Origin: the human T2T-CHM13v2.0 reference genome, Homo sapiens
DNA length: 64,000 nucleotides
Assembly: GCA_009914755.4 (NCBI GenBank)
Contig: CP068257.2
Span: forward strand, 12,128,001-12,192,000
Reading direction: 5' to 3'
Below the pieces are notes generated by a model. The model ran no database searches, was not told where the DNA came from, and was given only the letters and a program-made list of their open reading frames with translations. Positions 1 to 12,749 of this stretch are shown here, piece after piece. Made by a program: the position numbers and the translations under genes. The number at the start of each line of letters is the position of its first letter. Positions within the stretch are counted from its first letter, which is position 1.

Positions 1-421
1 AGTAAATCCAACACATACACACACACAAAGAACAACTGATGTAAAAAATAATAATGGTAAATTGAAGGCAATAAAACATTTATTTTTATACTAAAATTAA
101 AAAATAAGATATGAAGAAAGCTGAGCATAAAAGATTGACATATACAGAAGCTACAATAAAACAGACCCACAAAGCATTATTTCATGTCTTCATGTATTGA
201 TTTTTTTTCTCTAACATGGGGAATGAGGTAGGTTTTCCATTGCCTCCCACTTTCTGTTGGCTGCTGATGGCTACATTTCCTTTTCTGAGAATCTCACATA
301 TTGACCATAGATATTGTTGTCACTAAATAAACCACAGGCACCATTAATCAAATAGGAATTAGTGAAAGGGAAAGAGGTATAGTGGGTTGAATAATTTTTC
401 CCTAAATTTATACGCATCTGT

Positions 422-1483
<1,062 letters not shown>

Positions 1484-2744
1484 TGGCCTCAGGAAACTAA
1501 TACAGGAGGTTTTTTGTTTAGCATATTACAGGATATTGACTTGAGTAGGAACTCAGATTTCACAGACAGATAGTTGGATGAGGTCTATGTATTAACACCA
1601 CATTGAATATAAACTCTATAAGTGAGAAGCATTGTTTCCAGGAAGAGCAAATACCACATTCCAACCATATTGATGGTTGTTGAGTCAGGGCCCTCTTATT
1701 CTATGAGATTCCTGTCGAAACTACCTTATCAGCAACTGTCTGGCTGAGAGCAAGAATAATCTTTTGCCTCTTTTATACACAGATTTTATGTAGTTAATTA
1801 AATAAATGTTAATTTAAATTAATAAAAATCATACTAAAGCAATTTCTAAAAATATATTTATCAGCCACTTTTTTTTGTAGGTCTTCAATAGAATAATGAA
1901 ATCCATGAAAAATCCTCGGGTTTTCAGAGTTTCATCTTGATATCTTAGCATTCTGTCAAACTATAGGCTGAGGGAGAAACATTCTGCAGCTTCCCTTAGA
2001 AGACCCACTTTGGATCCACCTTTCCGCAGAGGCATTTTTCAGGATTTCTGTGTCTAGATTTCTCCCTGGGAAAACCAGGGATAAAACCATCAGTCACATC
2101 ACTTGCAGCCCAGGGAATGTTCAGCTGGCACACGTGACTAGATCAGTGGTAGAAGGCATGCAGGACTTAGGATTTCACATTTCTTTACGTTTGACCTTTA
2201 CATTTCTAACAAGAAAGGCATTGTTTATTAATGTCTTCATTTTACACAGGAAAAAAAATGAAGATCAGGATAGTTAAGGCAGTAATTTTCCTATGTTTTT
2301 CACTCTTTTGAGGAACGGGCTGGCCCTGGGAGATGGGATGCAGTGAGAAGGAAGAAAAGGCAGCCTAGCTTTTATCTCATCAAAGTCAAAAGTCTTATGG
2401 ACACACCTTTGCAATACCTCTCCTGGAAGTGACTTAAGTGTTATGTATTTCCACATGCCCTTATTTTAGTAATTTTTCCATGGGAAAACAAACCCATGAC
2501 TCAGTAAAATTTGACAAAGTAAATCACCTAAAATTTCACAACAAAACTCCCCCTAAATGGCGGTGGGAAGCCATAGTTAGAAACAAATTTTGGCCTACTA
2601 TTTTTCAACTAATTTTTAAAATAGTGGTAAAATACACATAACATAAAATTTACCATCTTAACCATTCTTAAGTGTGCAGTTCAATAGCGTTAAGTGAATT
2701 ACATTGTTGTGTAATCAATGTCCAGAGCTTTTCCATCTGTCACA

Positions 2745-2976
2745 ACTGAAACTCTATCCCCATTAAACAACTCCTCATTTTCCCCTCTCCTCAGCTCCTG
2801 GCAACCATAATTCTACTTTCCATTTCTATGCATTTTATTACTTTAGACACTTCATGTAAGTGGACCCATAGTATTTGTCTTTTTGTGGCTTGCTTATTTT
2901 ACTTAGCATGTCTGCAAGATGCCTCCACGTTGTAGTATTGTGTCAGAGTTTCATTCCCTTTTAAGGCTGAATAATA

Positions 2977-3011
<35 letters not shown>

Positions 3012-3095
3012 TTTGTTTCCATTCATCTGTAGATGAACACTTGAGTAGTTTCTAATCTTGACTATTGTAAGTAATGCTGCTATGAACATAGGTGT
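2745..3095 (-). mobile_element. L1 fragment from the ORF2 C-terminal region, older subfamily
   Basis: The reverse complement of 2862-2980 translates to EYYSALKRE.NSDTILQRGGILQTC.VK.ASHKKTNTMGP, which resembles the L1 ORF2p segment EYYSAIKKNE...KTKYRMFSL. The 3' part reads tgactattgtaagtaatgctgctatgaacatagg. Confidence 0.6.
2981..3008. repeat. (TA)n microsatellite
   Basis: Run reads atatatatatatatatatatatatatat. Confidence 0.95.
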
Positions 3096-3186
3096 ACACT
3101 CTACCTACTACTTTTAATCACAATTTAAACCCTTCCATTTTGAGAAAAGTTGTAAAATAACAGAATATGTTTTGTTTAGAAAATTA

Positions 3187-3570
<384 letters not shown>

Positions 3571-3676
3571 GGAAGAAGAAAAAGAGAAGGAAGGAAGGAA
3601 GGAAAAAAAGAAAGAAAAAAGAGAAAGAGAAAAGAAAGAAAGGAAGAAAGGAAGGAAGGAAGGAAGAAAGAAAAAA

Positions 3677-3720
<44 letters not shown>

Positions 3721-3741
3721 AAAGAAAAAAAGAAAGAGAGA

Positions 3742-3802
<61 letters not shown>

Positions 3803-3825
3803 GAAAGAAGAAAGAAAGAGATGAA
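3571..3825. repeat. (GAAA)n/(AAAG)n tetranucleotide microsatellite, about 250 bp, grown from the Alu A tail
   Basis: Long run of gaaa/aaga units, about 90% pure. It explains the K/E/R-rich artefact ORFs at 3512-3850 and 3525-3824. Confidence 0.95.
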
Positions 3826-4130
3826 ATTTCAGAGTACGTTGCTACTTTGAATTGAGTTGTGCATTGGGAAGCATCAGTCTCCCAGGGAGGGACAGAGAGC
3901 TGATAAGGTAGCATGCATTCTCCCAAATCTGTCCCACCCAGGGAATAATGTGCTAGATTTTTCTGACATGCTTCTGGAGGGTGAAAATGCTAAAAGTCCC
4001 TCGCAGAATCATTTCCCATTACTAAATTCACCTAGTTTATTACATCTCATGAATGAAATTTTTCAATTAAGTCTTTCCCTTGTTTTTGTTGTGTTGTAAC
4101 TACTTTAGGATGACTGTTCTACTTAGAGAT

Positions 4131-4510
4131 GGTATCTTAGTCCATTTAGGCTGTTACAGAAATTTTTGTTACAAAAATACCATAAACTGGGTAGGTTATA
4201 AACAACATAAATTTATTTCTTTCAGTACTAGAGGCTTGGAAAGCTGAGATTAAGTCACTATCAGAATCAGTATCTGGTGAGACCATTTCCTGGTTCACAG
4301 ACAATGGCTGTCTTCTCTCTGTGTCTTCTCCTGCAATTGATTTCTCTTGCAGTGGATCTCTTGCACGTCTTTGATAAGAGCACTAATCTCATTCACCAAT
4401 TCATGAATCACTAATCACTTATGAAAGGCTCCATCTCCTAATGCCATCATATTGGGAATTAGAATTTCAACGTAGGAATTTTGGGGGAATATTAGTCTAT
4501 TGTTCATGGT
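4131..4510 (-). repeat. ERVL-MaLR-type LTR (same family as 422-1095), antisense
   Basis: Reads ggtatcttagtccatttaggctgttacagaaatttttgttacaaaaataccataaactgggtaggttataaacaacataaatttatttc...ggaattagaatttcaacgtaggaattttggggg. Confidence 0.5.
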
Positions 4511-4728
4511 TTGATGACCTAATTCTCATGGTGGTTTTAACCCATGCTCCCTTTTAATAAACATAAAATGTTGTAAAATTATATACTTTTTCTCATAGAC
4601 AACTCCCCCCCTTCCTCATACTTTATCATCTTTAAAATCGCTGATATACTTAGAAGATGGTTTATTTTCTAGGCATTTCTGCAGACTGATTAGGTAGAGC
4701 TTTTATTTTTCTTTGGCCAAAGATTATA

Positions 4729-4743
<15 letters not shown>

Positions 4744-4759
<16 letters not shown>

Positions 4760-5031
4760 TTTTTTGAGATGGAGTTTCGCTTTTGTTGCCCAGGCTGGAG
4801 TGCAATGGCCCGATTTCAGCTCACTGCAATCCACCTCCCGGGTTCAAGCAATTCTTCTGCCTCAGCCTCCTGAGTAGCTGGGATTACAGGCATGCGCCAC
4901 CATGACCGGCTAATTTTGTGTTTTTAGTAGAGACGGGGTTTCTCCATGTTGGTCAGGCTGACCTCAGGTGATCCGCCTGCCTCGGCCTCCCAAAGTGCTG
5001 GGATTACAGGCGTGAGCCACCGCACCTGGCC
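4744..5031 (-). mobile_element. Alu, antisense (poly-T first)
   Basis: T run at 4744-4765, then gagatggagtttcgcttttgttgcccaggctggagtgcaatgg...gggattacaggcgtgagccaccgcacctggcc. Confidence 0.9.
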
Positions 5032-5269
5032 TTATATTTACTTTCAAGTATATGCATTCTACTTTGATCCTCCTAATTCTGATCCTCTCTCCATTACCTC
5101 CTCCCCAAAAACCTTCTAAGGATCATATCATTTTAATTAGGAAGTTATTTGGCTACATTCAAAATATGATTTTTCTTTATAAATATTGGACTAATAACTC
5201 CAATTTGTGCACACGACATCTGAAGAATGTTACAAATATGTGTGAACTCTGTAAGGCTCCCAGTCCAAC

Positions 5270-5559
5270 TTTTTTTTTGAGATGGAGTTTTGCTCTTGTC
5301 ACCCAAGCTGGAGTGGAATGGTGTGATCTTGGCTCACTGCAACCTCCGCCTCCCAGGTTCAAGTGATTCTCCTACCTCAGTCTCCTGAGTAGCTGGGATT
5401 ACAGGCACTTGCCACCATGCCCAGCTAATTTTTGTATTTTTAGTAGAGACGGTGTTTCACCATGTTGGCCAAGCTTGTCTCAATCTCTTAACCTCATGAT
5501 CTGCCCGCCTTGGTCTCCCAAAGTGCTGGGATTACAGGCGTGAGCCACTGCGCCCAGCC
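5270..5559 (-). mobile_element. Alu, antisense, with target-site duplication GTCCAACTTTT
   Basis: Reads tttttttttgagatggagttttgctcttgtcacccaagctggagtggaatgg...cgtgagccactgcgcccagcc. The flanks are ccagtccaactttt upstream and cctgtccaactttta downstream. Confidence 0.9.
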
Positions 5560-7049
5560 CCTGTCCAACTTTTATTTCATTTTCATCTTTCCTAATCCAG
5601 CCTTGTGTTGGAAGCTTCTTCAGACTAAACCAAGAAAACCTTAGGTCTTCATGTTCATATGGGGACTTTAATGTTGATATGGTGTTTGTACACTTTAAAA
5701 TATTTCCACATATGTTAACCTTGTGGTGATTCTCTGAGGCATGACAGATACTATTTTCCTTGTTTCATAGAAGACAAAACTTGAATTACAGAGAGGTGAA
5801 GTGACCACCCTGAGGGCTTCCCCAGCTAGCAAGTTCAGGATAGGCTGAGCTGGATTCCAGGTTCTCTGGCTTCCAGTCTGGTACTCTTTCTGCTATTCCA
5901 TGCTGTGTTTTCTGATTGAAAAATCATAAGTCTTTGGTATTTCTCAGCTTGGTCAAATTTGTTTAAAGATCACTTAGCTCACTTTTGTCTGAGTCCATAC
6001 CAACCAAGTGATCCTTTAATCTGTCTTACTGAGTAAATGCACCCTTCCTGAAGTGAGTGAGTGCCCTATGGAGTTAGGTGCTGAGCTGAGCTGCAGTCCT
6101 GGGTTATTTATTGCCAATTTGGCATCACCAACTCTCCCTTCTAAGGGTTCCTCTGTCTTTCAGAAAAGTTGGGAGCTATATTTGCAGAACGCCCTTCCCA
6201 TATGGTTACAGGTTGGTTTACCAAGAAGTCCCTTCCCTTGCTGAAGATTTGGAAGGCTGAAACAAATGACAGGCTAAAGGGGGTTAAAGGCAGAAATGTG
6301 GACAACCATGAGATGCTAAGAGGCTCCACCAGAAAGCCACTCCTTCATCACTGCAGACTGTGATGGTTGAAGAGAAATATCTGGAAGTTCAAGGACAATG
6401 GACAATGAAGAGGAAACTGTTCAGCTGGGAGCTGAGCTGAGGTTGTCCACCGTGGCTTCATTGACCTCAGCTTCCCCTAGTCTTCCAATGGTTGTATAGG
6501 CTTCTTGACATCTGCATTAAACCTTTTTAATTTGGATTATCTAGAGAAACCAGTTTTTCTTGACTAAACCCTGACTGATAGACTCATTCCCATGCTAAGT
6601 GCTAACATTTGGATTATGACTTTTATTCTTATTGCTAAAGTATAATTTCAAACGATATAATTAGGACACTGATGCAAATATAATATGAATATATGGCAAG
6701 GATTTTGTTCAACTCATTAATTAGGTGGGGAAACAATTAGATATTAAGACCAGTTCAAACAATATTTGAGGAGCTAGGTATTTATAGACCATTTAATTTT
6801 AAAATGTTAAGATATTTGGGTTATATATAAAACTTGTTAATATCTTACAGAGCAATGCATAATAACATTTGGGGTTATATTTTCCACCAAATCATGTGCC
6901 TTTCCATGGGACAAAAATCAACATGTTAAAGTAAAACTTCTGGGACCTTCAATAGATATTTTTTAAATTAGCATCATCATCATCATCATTTGCTATACAC
7001 GTGATAGGTTATAGACACTACAGTAACATGTTCTCAAACATGTAATTGT

Positions 7050-7200
7050 CCTTTCAACAATTCTGTGAGGTGGATTTTGTCATCTCCATTTTAGAGATTT
7101 GGAAACTGAGCCCAGTGACCCCACCTGACCTCCTCAAGGTCATGGACTGAGTTAGAGCTGGGATTTAAATCCAGATTTGTCTCACACTGAGGCCTGTGAT
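7050..7200 (-). repeat. MIR SINE fragment
   Basis: Reads ccattttagagatttggaaactgagcccagtgaccccacctgacctcctcaaggtcatgg...gggatttaaatccag, resembling the MIR core in reverse complement. Confidence 0.4.
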
Positions 7201-7454
7201 TTCCTCCTAGTTCACTATCACCTAATTAATTCAGATACTCCTGACTCTCTCTGTGTTAATTAATAAAATCAGCTTGGTGAATAACAAGGTTGAAAACTAA
7301 GCAAAGGAACATAACTGAATACAAAATGTTATTACAAAAGATTAACGGCTTTGAAAAGTAAAAGCAGTATGAACTATGCCATGTAAACCTTAGGGGGATA
7401 AGGGCCTTAGATTATTCAAAAGATAAATATATTTGGAAATTTTTTTAAATTTTT

Positions 7455-7667
7455 TATTTTTTTAATTATACTTTAAGTTCTATGGTACATGTGCACAACA
7501 TGCGGGTTTGTTACATAGGTATACATGTGCCATGTTGGTTTGCTGCACCCATTAACTTGTCATTTACCTTAGGTATTTCTCCTAATGCTATCCCTCCCCG
7601 CTCCCCCGACCCCACAACAGGCCCTATGGTGTGATGTTCCCTGCCCTGTGTCCAAATGTTCTCATTT
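7455..7667 (-). mobile_element. L1 3' UTR fragment (L1PA-like), antisense
   Basis: Reads tttttaattatactttaagttctatggtacatgtgcacaacatgcgggtttgttacataggtatacatgtgccatgttggtttgctgcacccattaac...ctaatgctatccctccc, the reverse complement of the L1 3' end. Confidence 0.75.
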
Positions 7668-8099
7668 GGAAAAATTTTAACAACTGAGATTAAAAATCCA
7701 AACTTGCCATTTCCACCAGATTACGTTTTCATGGTCTGTGATGTGCCAAGTATAAAGAATAGGAGTAACATAAATGCAGGCCCCAACCAAGCAGAGTCTC
7801 TCAAACTTGAATAGAGCATGGAACCTACTTAGTAGAGGGAGCGAGGGAGACAGAGTTCCCAGACTCTGAGCCTACGCCCTCTCATCCAAAAGTTTAGAGA
7901 GCACAGCTTGCGAGATTCATGGTCAAAATAGGCCTGATCATTTTTGGTGCTAGAATAAGATAAATTGTGTCTTTCAGTTAACATTTTTCTATTTGCAACA
8001 TTCTTACTTCATCCTCAGCCAGTGTAAAAATCAAAGTTTTATTGTAGATTAAAGAAAATAAATGAAAACATGGACAAAAAAGATAAATGAATTAGTATG

Positions 8100-8225
8100 A
8101 GTTGTGGTTAAGGGCATAGACTCTGGAGTCAGAATGTCTGTGTTCAAATCCTGACTCTACTGTGTCCTGTGAAACTTTGGGTTGGTCACTCAACCTGTCT
8201 GTGCCTCAGTGTTGTAAACGTCCAG
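8100..8225 (+). repeat. MIR SINE fragment
   Basis: Reads agactctggagtcagaatgtctgtgttcaaatcctgactctactgtgtcctgtgaaactttgggttggtcactcaacctgtctgtgcctcagtg. Confidence 0.4.
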
Positions 8226-8932
8226 TGGGTTTACCTTGGCCACTGCCTAGACAGAGCCAATTAATCAAGATGGGAATTGCAATAGAGAAAGAGTGAATTC
8301 ACACAGAGTCAGCTGTACAGGAGACTGGAGATTCATTATTTCTCAAATCCATCTCCCAGAGCTTTCAGAGTTTTTAAGGATAATTTGGTGCATGGAGGAA
8401 GGCCAGTGAGTCCAGAGTGCTGATTGGTTAGGTCAGAGACAAAATCATAGGGAATTGAAGCTGTCCTCTTTCACTGAGTCCGTTCCTGGGTGGGGGCCAC
8501 AAGATCAGATGAGCCAGTTTATCGATCTGAGTGTTTCAATAAACTGGGTGCCAGCTGATCCATCAAGTGCCGGGTCTGCAAAATACCTCAAGCACTGATC
8601 TTAGGAGCAGTTTAGGGAGGATTAGAATCTTGTAGCCTCTAGCTGCATGACTCCTAAACCACAATTTCTAATTTTGTAGCTAATTTGTTAGTCTTACAAA
8701 GGCAGTCTAGTCCCCAGGCAAGAAGGAGGTTTGTTTTGAGAAAGGGGTGTTAACATCTTCGTTTTACACTATAAAGTAAGTTCCTCCCAAAGTTAGTTCA
8801 CCCTACACCCAGGAATGAACAAGGACAGCTTGGAGGTTAAAAGCAGATGCAGTTGGTTAGGTCAGATCTCTTTCTCAGTTATAAGTTTGCAATAGCTGTT
8901 TCATTGTCTTCATCTATAAAAACAGGACTAAT

Positions 8933-8946
8933 AAGAATTATACCTC
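8933..8946. repeat. Target-site duplication (left copy) of the 8947-11475 retrocopy
   Basis: AAGAATTATACCTC, identical to 11476-11489. Confidence 0.8.
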
Positions 8947-11475
8947 CGTTCGTCAACACCAACATCTTTGCCAGGACCAAGATAGACCCCAGCGCCTTGG
9001 TGCAAAAGCTGGAGCTGGACGTAAGGAGCGTCACTTCCATCAGGAGAGGTGCAGAGGCCAAGACCGTTTTGCCCAAGGAGAAAATGAAGCTGAGGCGTGA
9101 GCAATGGTTGCAGAAAATCGAAGCCATAAAACTGGCTGAGCAGAAGCACAGGGAGGAGCGGAGGTAGGGGGCCAGGATGGTGGTGGGGGACCTGCACCCG
9201 CTCAGGGATGCCCTGCCTGAGCTACTGGGGCTTGAGGCTGGCAGCCGGCGCCAGGCCTGCAGCAGGGAGAGCAACAAGCCCTGGCCCTCAGAGCTCAGCC
9301 GGATGAGTGCAGCCCAGAGACAGCAGTTTCTCGAGGAAGAAAGGACCCGGTTTCAGGAGCTGCTGGCCAGTCCGGCCTACAGAGCCAGCCCCCTGTTAGC
9401 CATTGGGCAGACGCTGGCCCGGCAGATGCAGCTGGAAGATGGTGGCCAGCTCTGACCAGGGCAGCGGGCATGCCACAACTCCTCGGGACACATGTGTGGG
9501 CCAAGTAGACAGCACCAGCCCCTCAAGGACCATGGCCTGAGCCTGGTGGACGCCCTTCCCTCTGGTCGGTTGTGGGGCTCAATAAATGGCTCTGTGAACT
9601 TCCCCTGCACCCCCAGGGCCATTCCCATGAGCTGCTCCCTGATTCACAGGGCTGGGCCCACCCTGGGACAGCTGCCCCCGCTCTCCTCAGGACAACAAGC
9701 CACATCCCTCCACTGGGGGCCCCAGCCCCCACGCAGTCAGGGTGTACCGTGCACAGGGTTCGTAGGGACTGCAGTTGTGGAGGCCCCAAGTCCGTCCCTG
9801 AGCAGGCACTGGTGCCGCCAAGATAGTCTCCTGGCTGTGTTGGAAAGGAATTGTGCCTGGGTGTGGCCCCAGCTGTGCCACCAGCCGCCCTGATTTGCTT
9901 CAGCCTCGGTTCCTGCTGCGACCCTGGTGGGATCCAGAAGCACTGAGGCCTGCAGGGGCTGGCGTGGGGACTGGCTTGGGGCCCTCCCCACCTGGGTGTC
10001 TGTTTCCCTTCCAGTCTCCCCTGCCACCCTCAGTGACCAGGGACACAGATGGCCCTGGCAAGGCCCCCGGCCTGCTCCTTGCCTGTTGTCTGCACCCCCC
10101 TGGGCTGCATCCCCCCTATCCCACCCATTGCCCTCGCCCTACCCAGCTGCTCCAAACCCAGGCAGCCCACTGCCTTGCTCTGGGGACGGAGAGCAGAGGG
10201 TCCTTCTGCAGGGAGGAGACGTGGAGTGGGCCCAGCCCTGAAGTTCTTGCTGACCCAGAAGTGAGAGAGGTCCTCCTTTGTTGCTAGAAGCCCTGGGATT
10301 TGGGGGTTGGTTTTTGGACTGTGAATCAGTGACTGATCAGTTCTTGTTTTCAAGTTGTGGAAACCAAGGGGGTGGTGCGTCCCCAGGCCCCTGACGCCCA
10401 GCTTGGCTCCCCCTGCCCGAGCTCCCCCCGTCCCAGTGCTCTGTGGGGCCTCGCTGGCCCATGTCCTGCAGCAGAGCTGGGCAGGCTGGGTGTGGTGGTG
10501 CACCCTGCTGGGGGTGTCTGGGAAGTGCAGAGCAGGACCACTCTCAGCTCCCAGGTGGGGGCCCAGCACCCTGAGCCTTCCCAGGCTGCCTGGGGTGGGG
10601 GTGGTCCCAGGGACTCCAGGGCCTCCTGGCTCCAGGGCATGTGGGTGGCCCCTGTGCACAGCCCCTCTTGTTGTGAGCCCCCATGGTCCGACCTCCCCTG
10701 GCCCTGCTGCCTGCTCAGGGTTCATAGCCCCAGCAGCCCTGCCAAGGCTGCCTGGAGAGTGGGTGGCCGAGGCGAGTTGGAGCCTGCGTCCCTTCTTTTC
10801 AGTGTCCTGGCCCTTCCCTGACACGAGCAGACACGGCATCCACAGAGACAGCCTGGACACCCTCCAAGGCCCCAGCCGATGGGACAGACAGGCGTACAGG
10901 AGCCACAGGCAGCAGATCCCATGCTCTCTCAGCCGGGGCCGGCTTGGCTGCCCAGCCCCAGCTCCTTAGAGAACGGGCTTCTGGCTTCAGAGGAGCTGGT
11001 CACAAACCAATGCTTGCGACAAAACCATTTTTGTGGTAGAGCGAGTGTTGGGAACAACGTCTGTGGGATGCACGCAGGGAAGTGTGGTGGGGGTGCGGAT
11101 GGGGGCGGCTTCCACTTTCTCCAGCATCCTAATCCCACGGTCTGGGTTTCTTGTGAAAAACCTGGCCAGGCGCAGTGGCGCACACCTGTAATCCCAGCAC
11201 TTTGGGAGGCCAAGGCAGGCATATCACTTGAGGCCAGGAGTTCAAGACCAGCCAACATAGTGAGACCCCATCTTGACAAAAAAATACAAAAATTAGCCAG
11301 GCGTGGTGGTGCGTGCCTGTACTCCTAGCTACTGGGGAGGCTGAGATGGGAGGATTGCTTGAGCGTAGGAGGCCATGGCTATAGTGAGCCAAGACTGTGC
11401 CACAGCACTCCAGCCTGGGTGACAGAGTGATCCTGTCTCTAAAAAATAAAAATTTAAAAACGCAAAAAAAAAAAA
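8947..11475 (+). pseudogene. 5'-truncated processed pseudogene (retrocopy). Parent is probably SLX9/FAM207A-like, from memory only. It has a long GC-rich 3' UTR ending in an Alu, then poly-A
   Basis: A perfect 14-bp direct repeat AAGAATTATACCTC sits at 8933-8946 and 11476-11489. It brackets an insert that ends in an A16 tail (11462-11477). Inside, 8948-9455 is an intronless in-frame coding-like tract of about 169 codons: FVNTNIFARTKIDPSALVQKLELDVRSVTSIRRGAEAKTVLPKEKMKLRREQWLQKIEAIKLAEQKHREERR*GARMVVGDLHPLRDALPELLGLEAGSRRQACSRESNKPWPSELSRMSAAQRQQFLEEERTRFQELLASPAYRASPLLAIGQTLARQMQLEDGGQL*. It has a single in-frame TAG at 9165-9167. The parent name is recalled, not searched. Confidence 0.75.
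9583..9588 (+). promoter_or_regulatory. Canonical AATAAA poly-A signal about 130 nt after the retrocopy stop codon, apparently bypassed in the source transcript
   Basis: Reads ggggctcaataaatggctctgtgaac. The retrocopy instead ends about 1.9 kb downstream at the Alu-associated AATAAA (11446-11451) plus poly-A. Confidence 0.4.
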
Positions 11476-11477
11476 AA
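11165..11477 (+). mobile_element. Alu (AluS-like) forming the 3' end of the retrocopied transcript; its tail is the retrocopy poly-A
   Basis: Reads ggccaggcgcagtggcgcacacctgtaatcccagcactttgggaggccaaggcagg...ccagcctgggtgacagagtgatcctgtctctaaaaaataaaaatttaaaaacgc followed by A16. Confidence 0.85.
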
Positions 11478-11489
11478 GAATTATACCTC
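11476..11489. repeat. Target-site duplication (right copy) of the 8947-11475 retrocopy
   Basis: AAGAATTATACCTC immediately after the A16 tail. Confidence 0.8.
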
Positions 11490-11606
11490 ATAGATTTCTA
11501 TGAGAATGAAATGAGCTAAGAGTCATAAAATGTTTGAAAAACTAGCTGGCTTAAATAAGTATTCTTATTTTTTAAATATCTGTTAATGAAGTATTAGTTA
11601 GCTTTT

Positions 11607-11626
11607 TTTTTTTTTTTTTTTTTTTT
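11607..11626. repeat. Poly-T mononucleotide run
   Basis: About 20 consecutive T. Confidence 0.9.
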
Positions 11627-11890
11627 GGTAATAAGCTTGGGTATTGACCCTAAGGAATGTTTTGCACTTAAGGTAGAGTTTGCCTATAAAAATCCAGCCT
11701 GTACATTTTGAGAAAAGGGATATCAGACACTTGATTAGCTCTATGTGGTCTTTGTATCAGAAATTAAACACCAGCTGTTGTAAGAGATAAAGCCTGACAT
11801 CTCAGTGGCTTAACAAAAAGAGATGTTTATTTTTCATAATGTAAAATTCAATCTGCAACAAGGATTAGGGTGAGAGTGGGATCTATGGTT

Positions 11891-12080
11891 GTATTAGTCT
11901 GCTTAGGCTGCCATAACAAAATACCATAGACTGTTTGGCTTAAAAAACAAAGCATTTTTAAATCACAGTTCTGGAGGCTAGAAATTCAAGATTAAGATGC
12001 TGTCAGGGTTGATGTCTAGTGAGGGCTCTTTTCCTCGCTATCGGGGGAACCAGCACCCAATATTTCAACATAGGTTCTTT
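11891..12080 (-). repeat. ERVL-MaLR-type LTR fragment, antisense
   Basis: Reads gtattagtctgcttaggctgccataacaaaataccatagactgtttggcttaaaaaacaaag...cacagttctggaggctagaaattcaagattaagatgctgtcagggttgatgtctagtgagggc. Confidence 0.45.
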
Positions 12081-12749
12081 CTATTTTCCCTAAGTGTCGG
12101 CTGGTCTGAGAAATAAAGAGAAAGAATACAAAGAGAGAAATTTTACAGCTGGGCCCCTGGGGGTGTCATCACATATTGGTAGGACTGTGATGGCAACCAT
12201 GAGCCACAAAACCAGCAAGTTTTTATTAGAGATTTTAAAAGGGGAGGGGGTGTACAAACAGAGAGTAGGTCACAGGGATCACATGCTTCAAAGGGCAATA
12301 CATATCACAAGGTGAAGGCAAAATTAGAATTACTGATGAAGGTCTATGTCCCACTGTGCATGCATTGTCTTGATAAACATCTTAGCAGGAAACAGGGTTC
12401 GAGAGCAGACAATCGGTCTGACTAGAATTTACCAGGCTGGAATTTTTGAATCCTAGTAAGCCCAAGGGTACTGCAGGAGACCAGGGTGTATTTCAGTCCT
12501 TACTTCAACCACATAAGACAGACACTCCCAGAGCAGCCGTCTACAGACCTACCCCCAGGAATGCATTCCTTCCCCAGGGTTATCAATTATTAATATTCCT
12601 TTTGAAAAAGAATTCAGCGATATTTCTCCTACTCACACATCTGTCTATAGGATCTCTGCAAGAAGAAAAATATGGCTGTATTCTGCCCGACCCTGCAGGC
12701 AGTCAGATCTTATGGTTGTCTTCCCTTGTTCCCTGAAAATCTGTTACTC

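Noticed and set aside
9492-10969. Many long overlapping ORFs on both strands (up to 276 aa) in the GC-rich block
   Set aside because: High GC suppresses stop codons. The ORFs overlap in all frames and on both strands and lie in what is the 3' UTR-like tail of the retrocopy. There is no consistent frame and no recognisable protein similarity.
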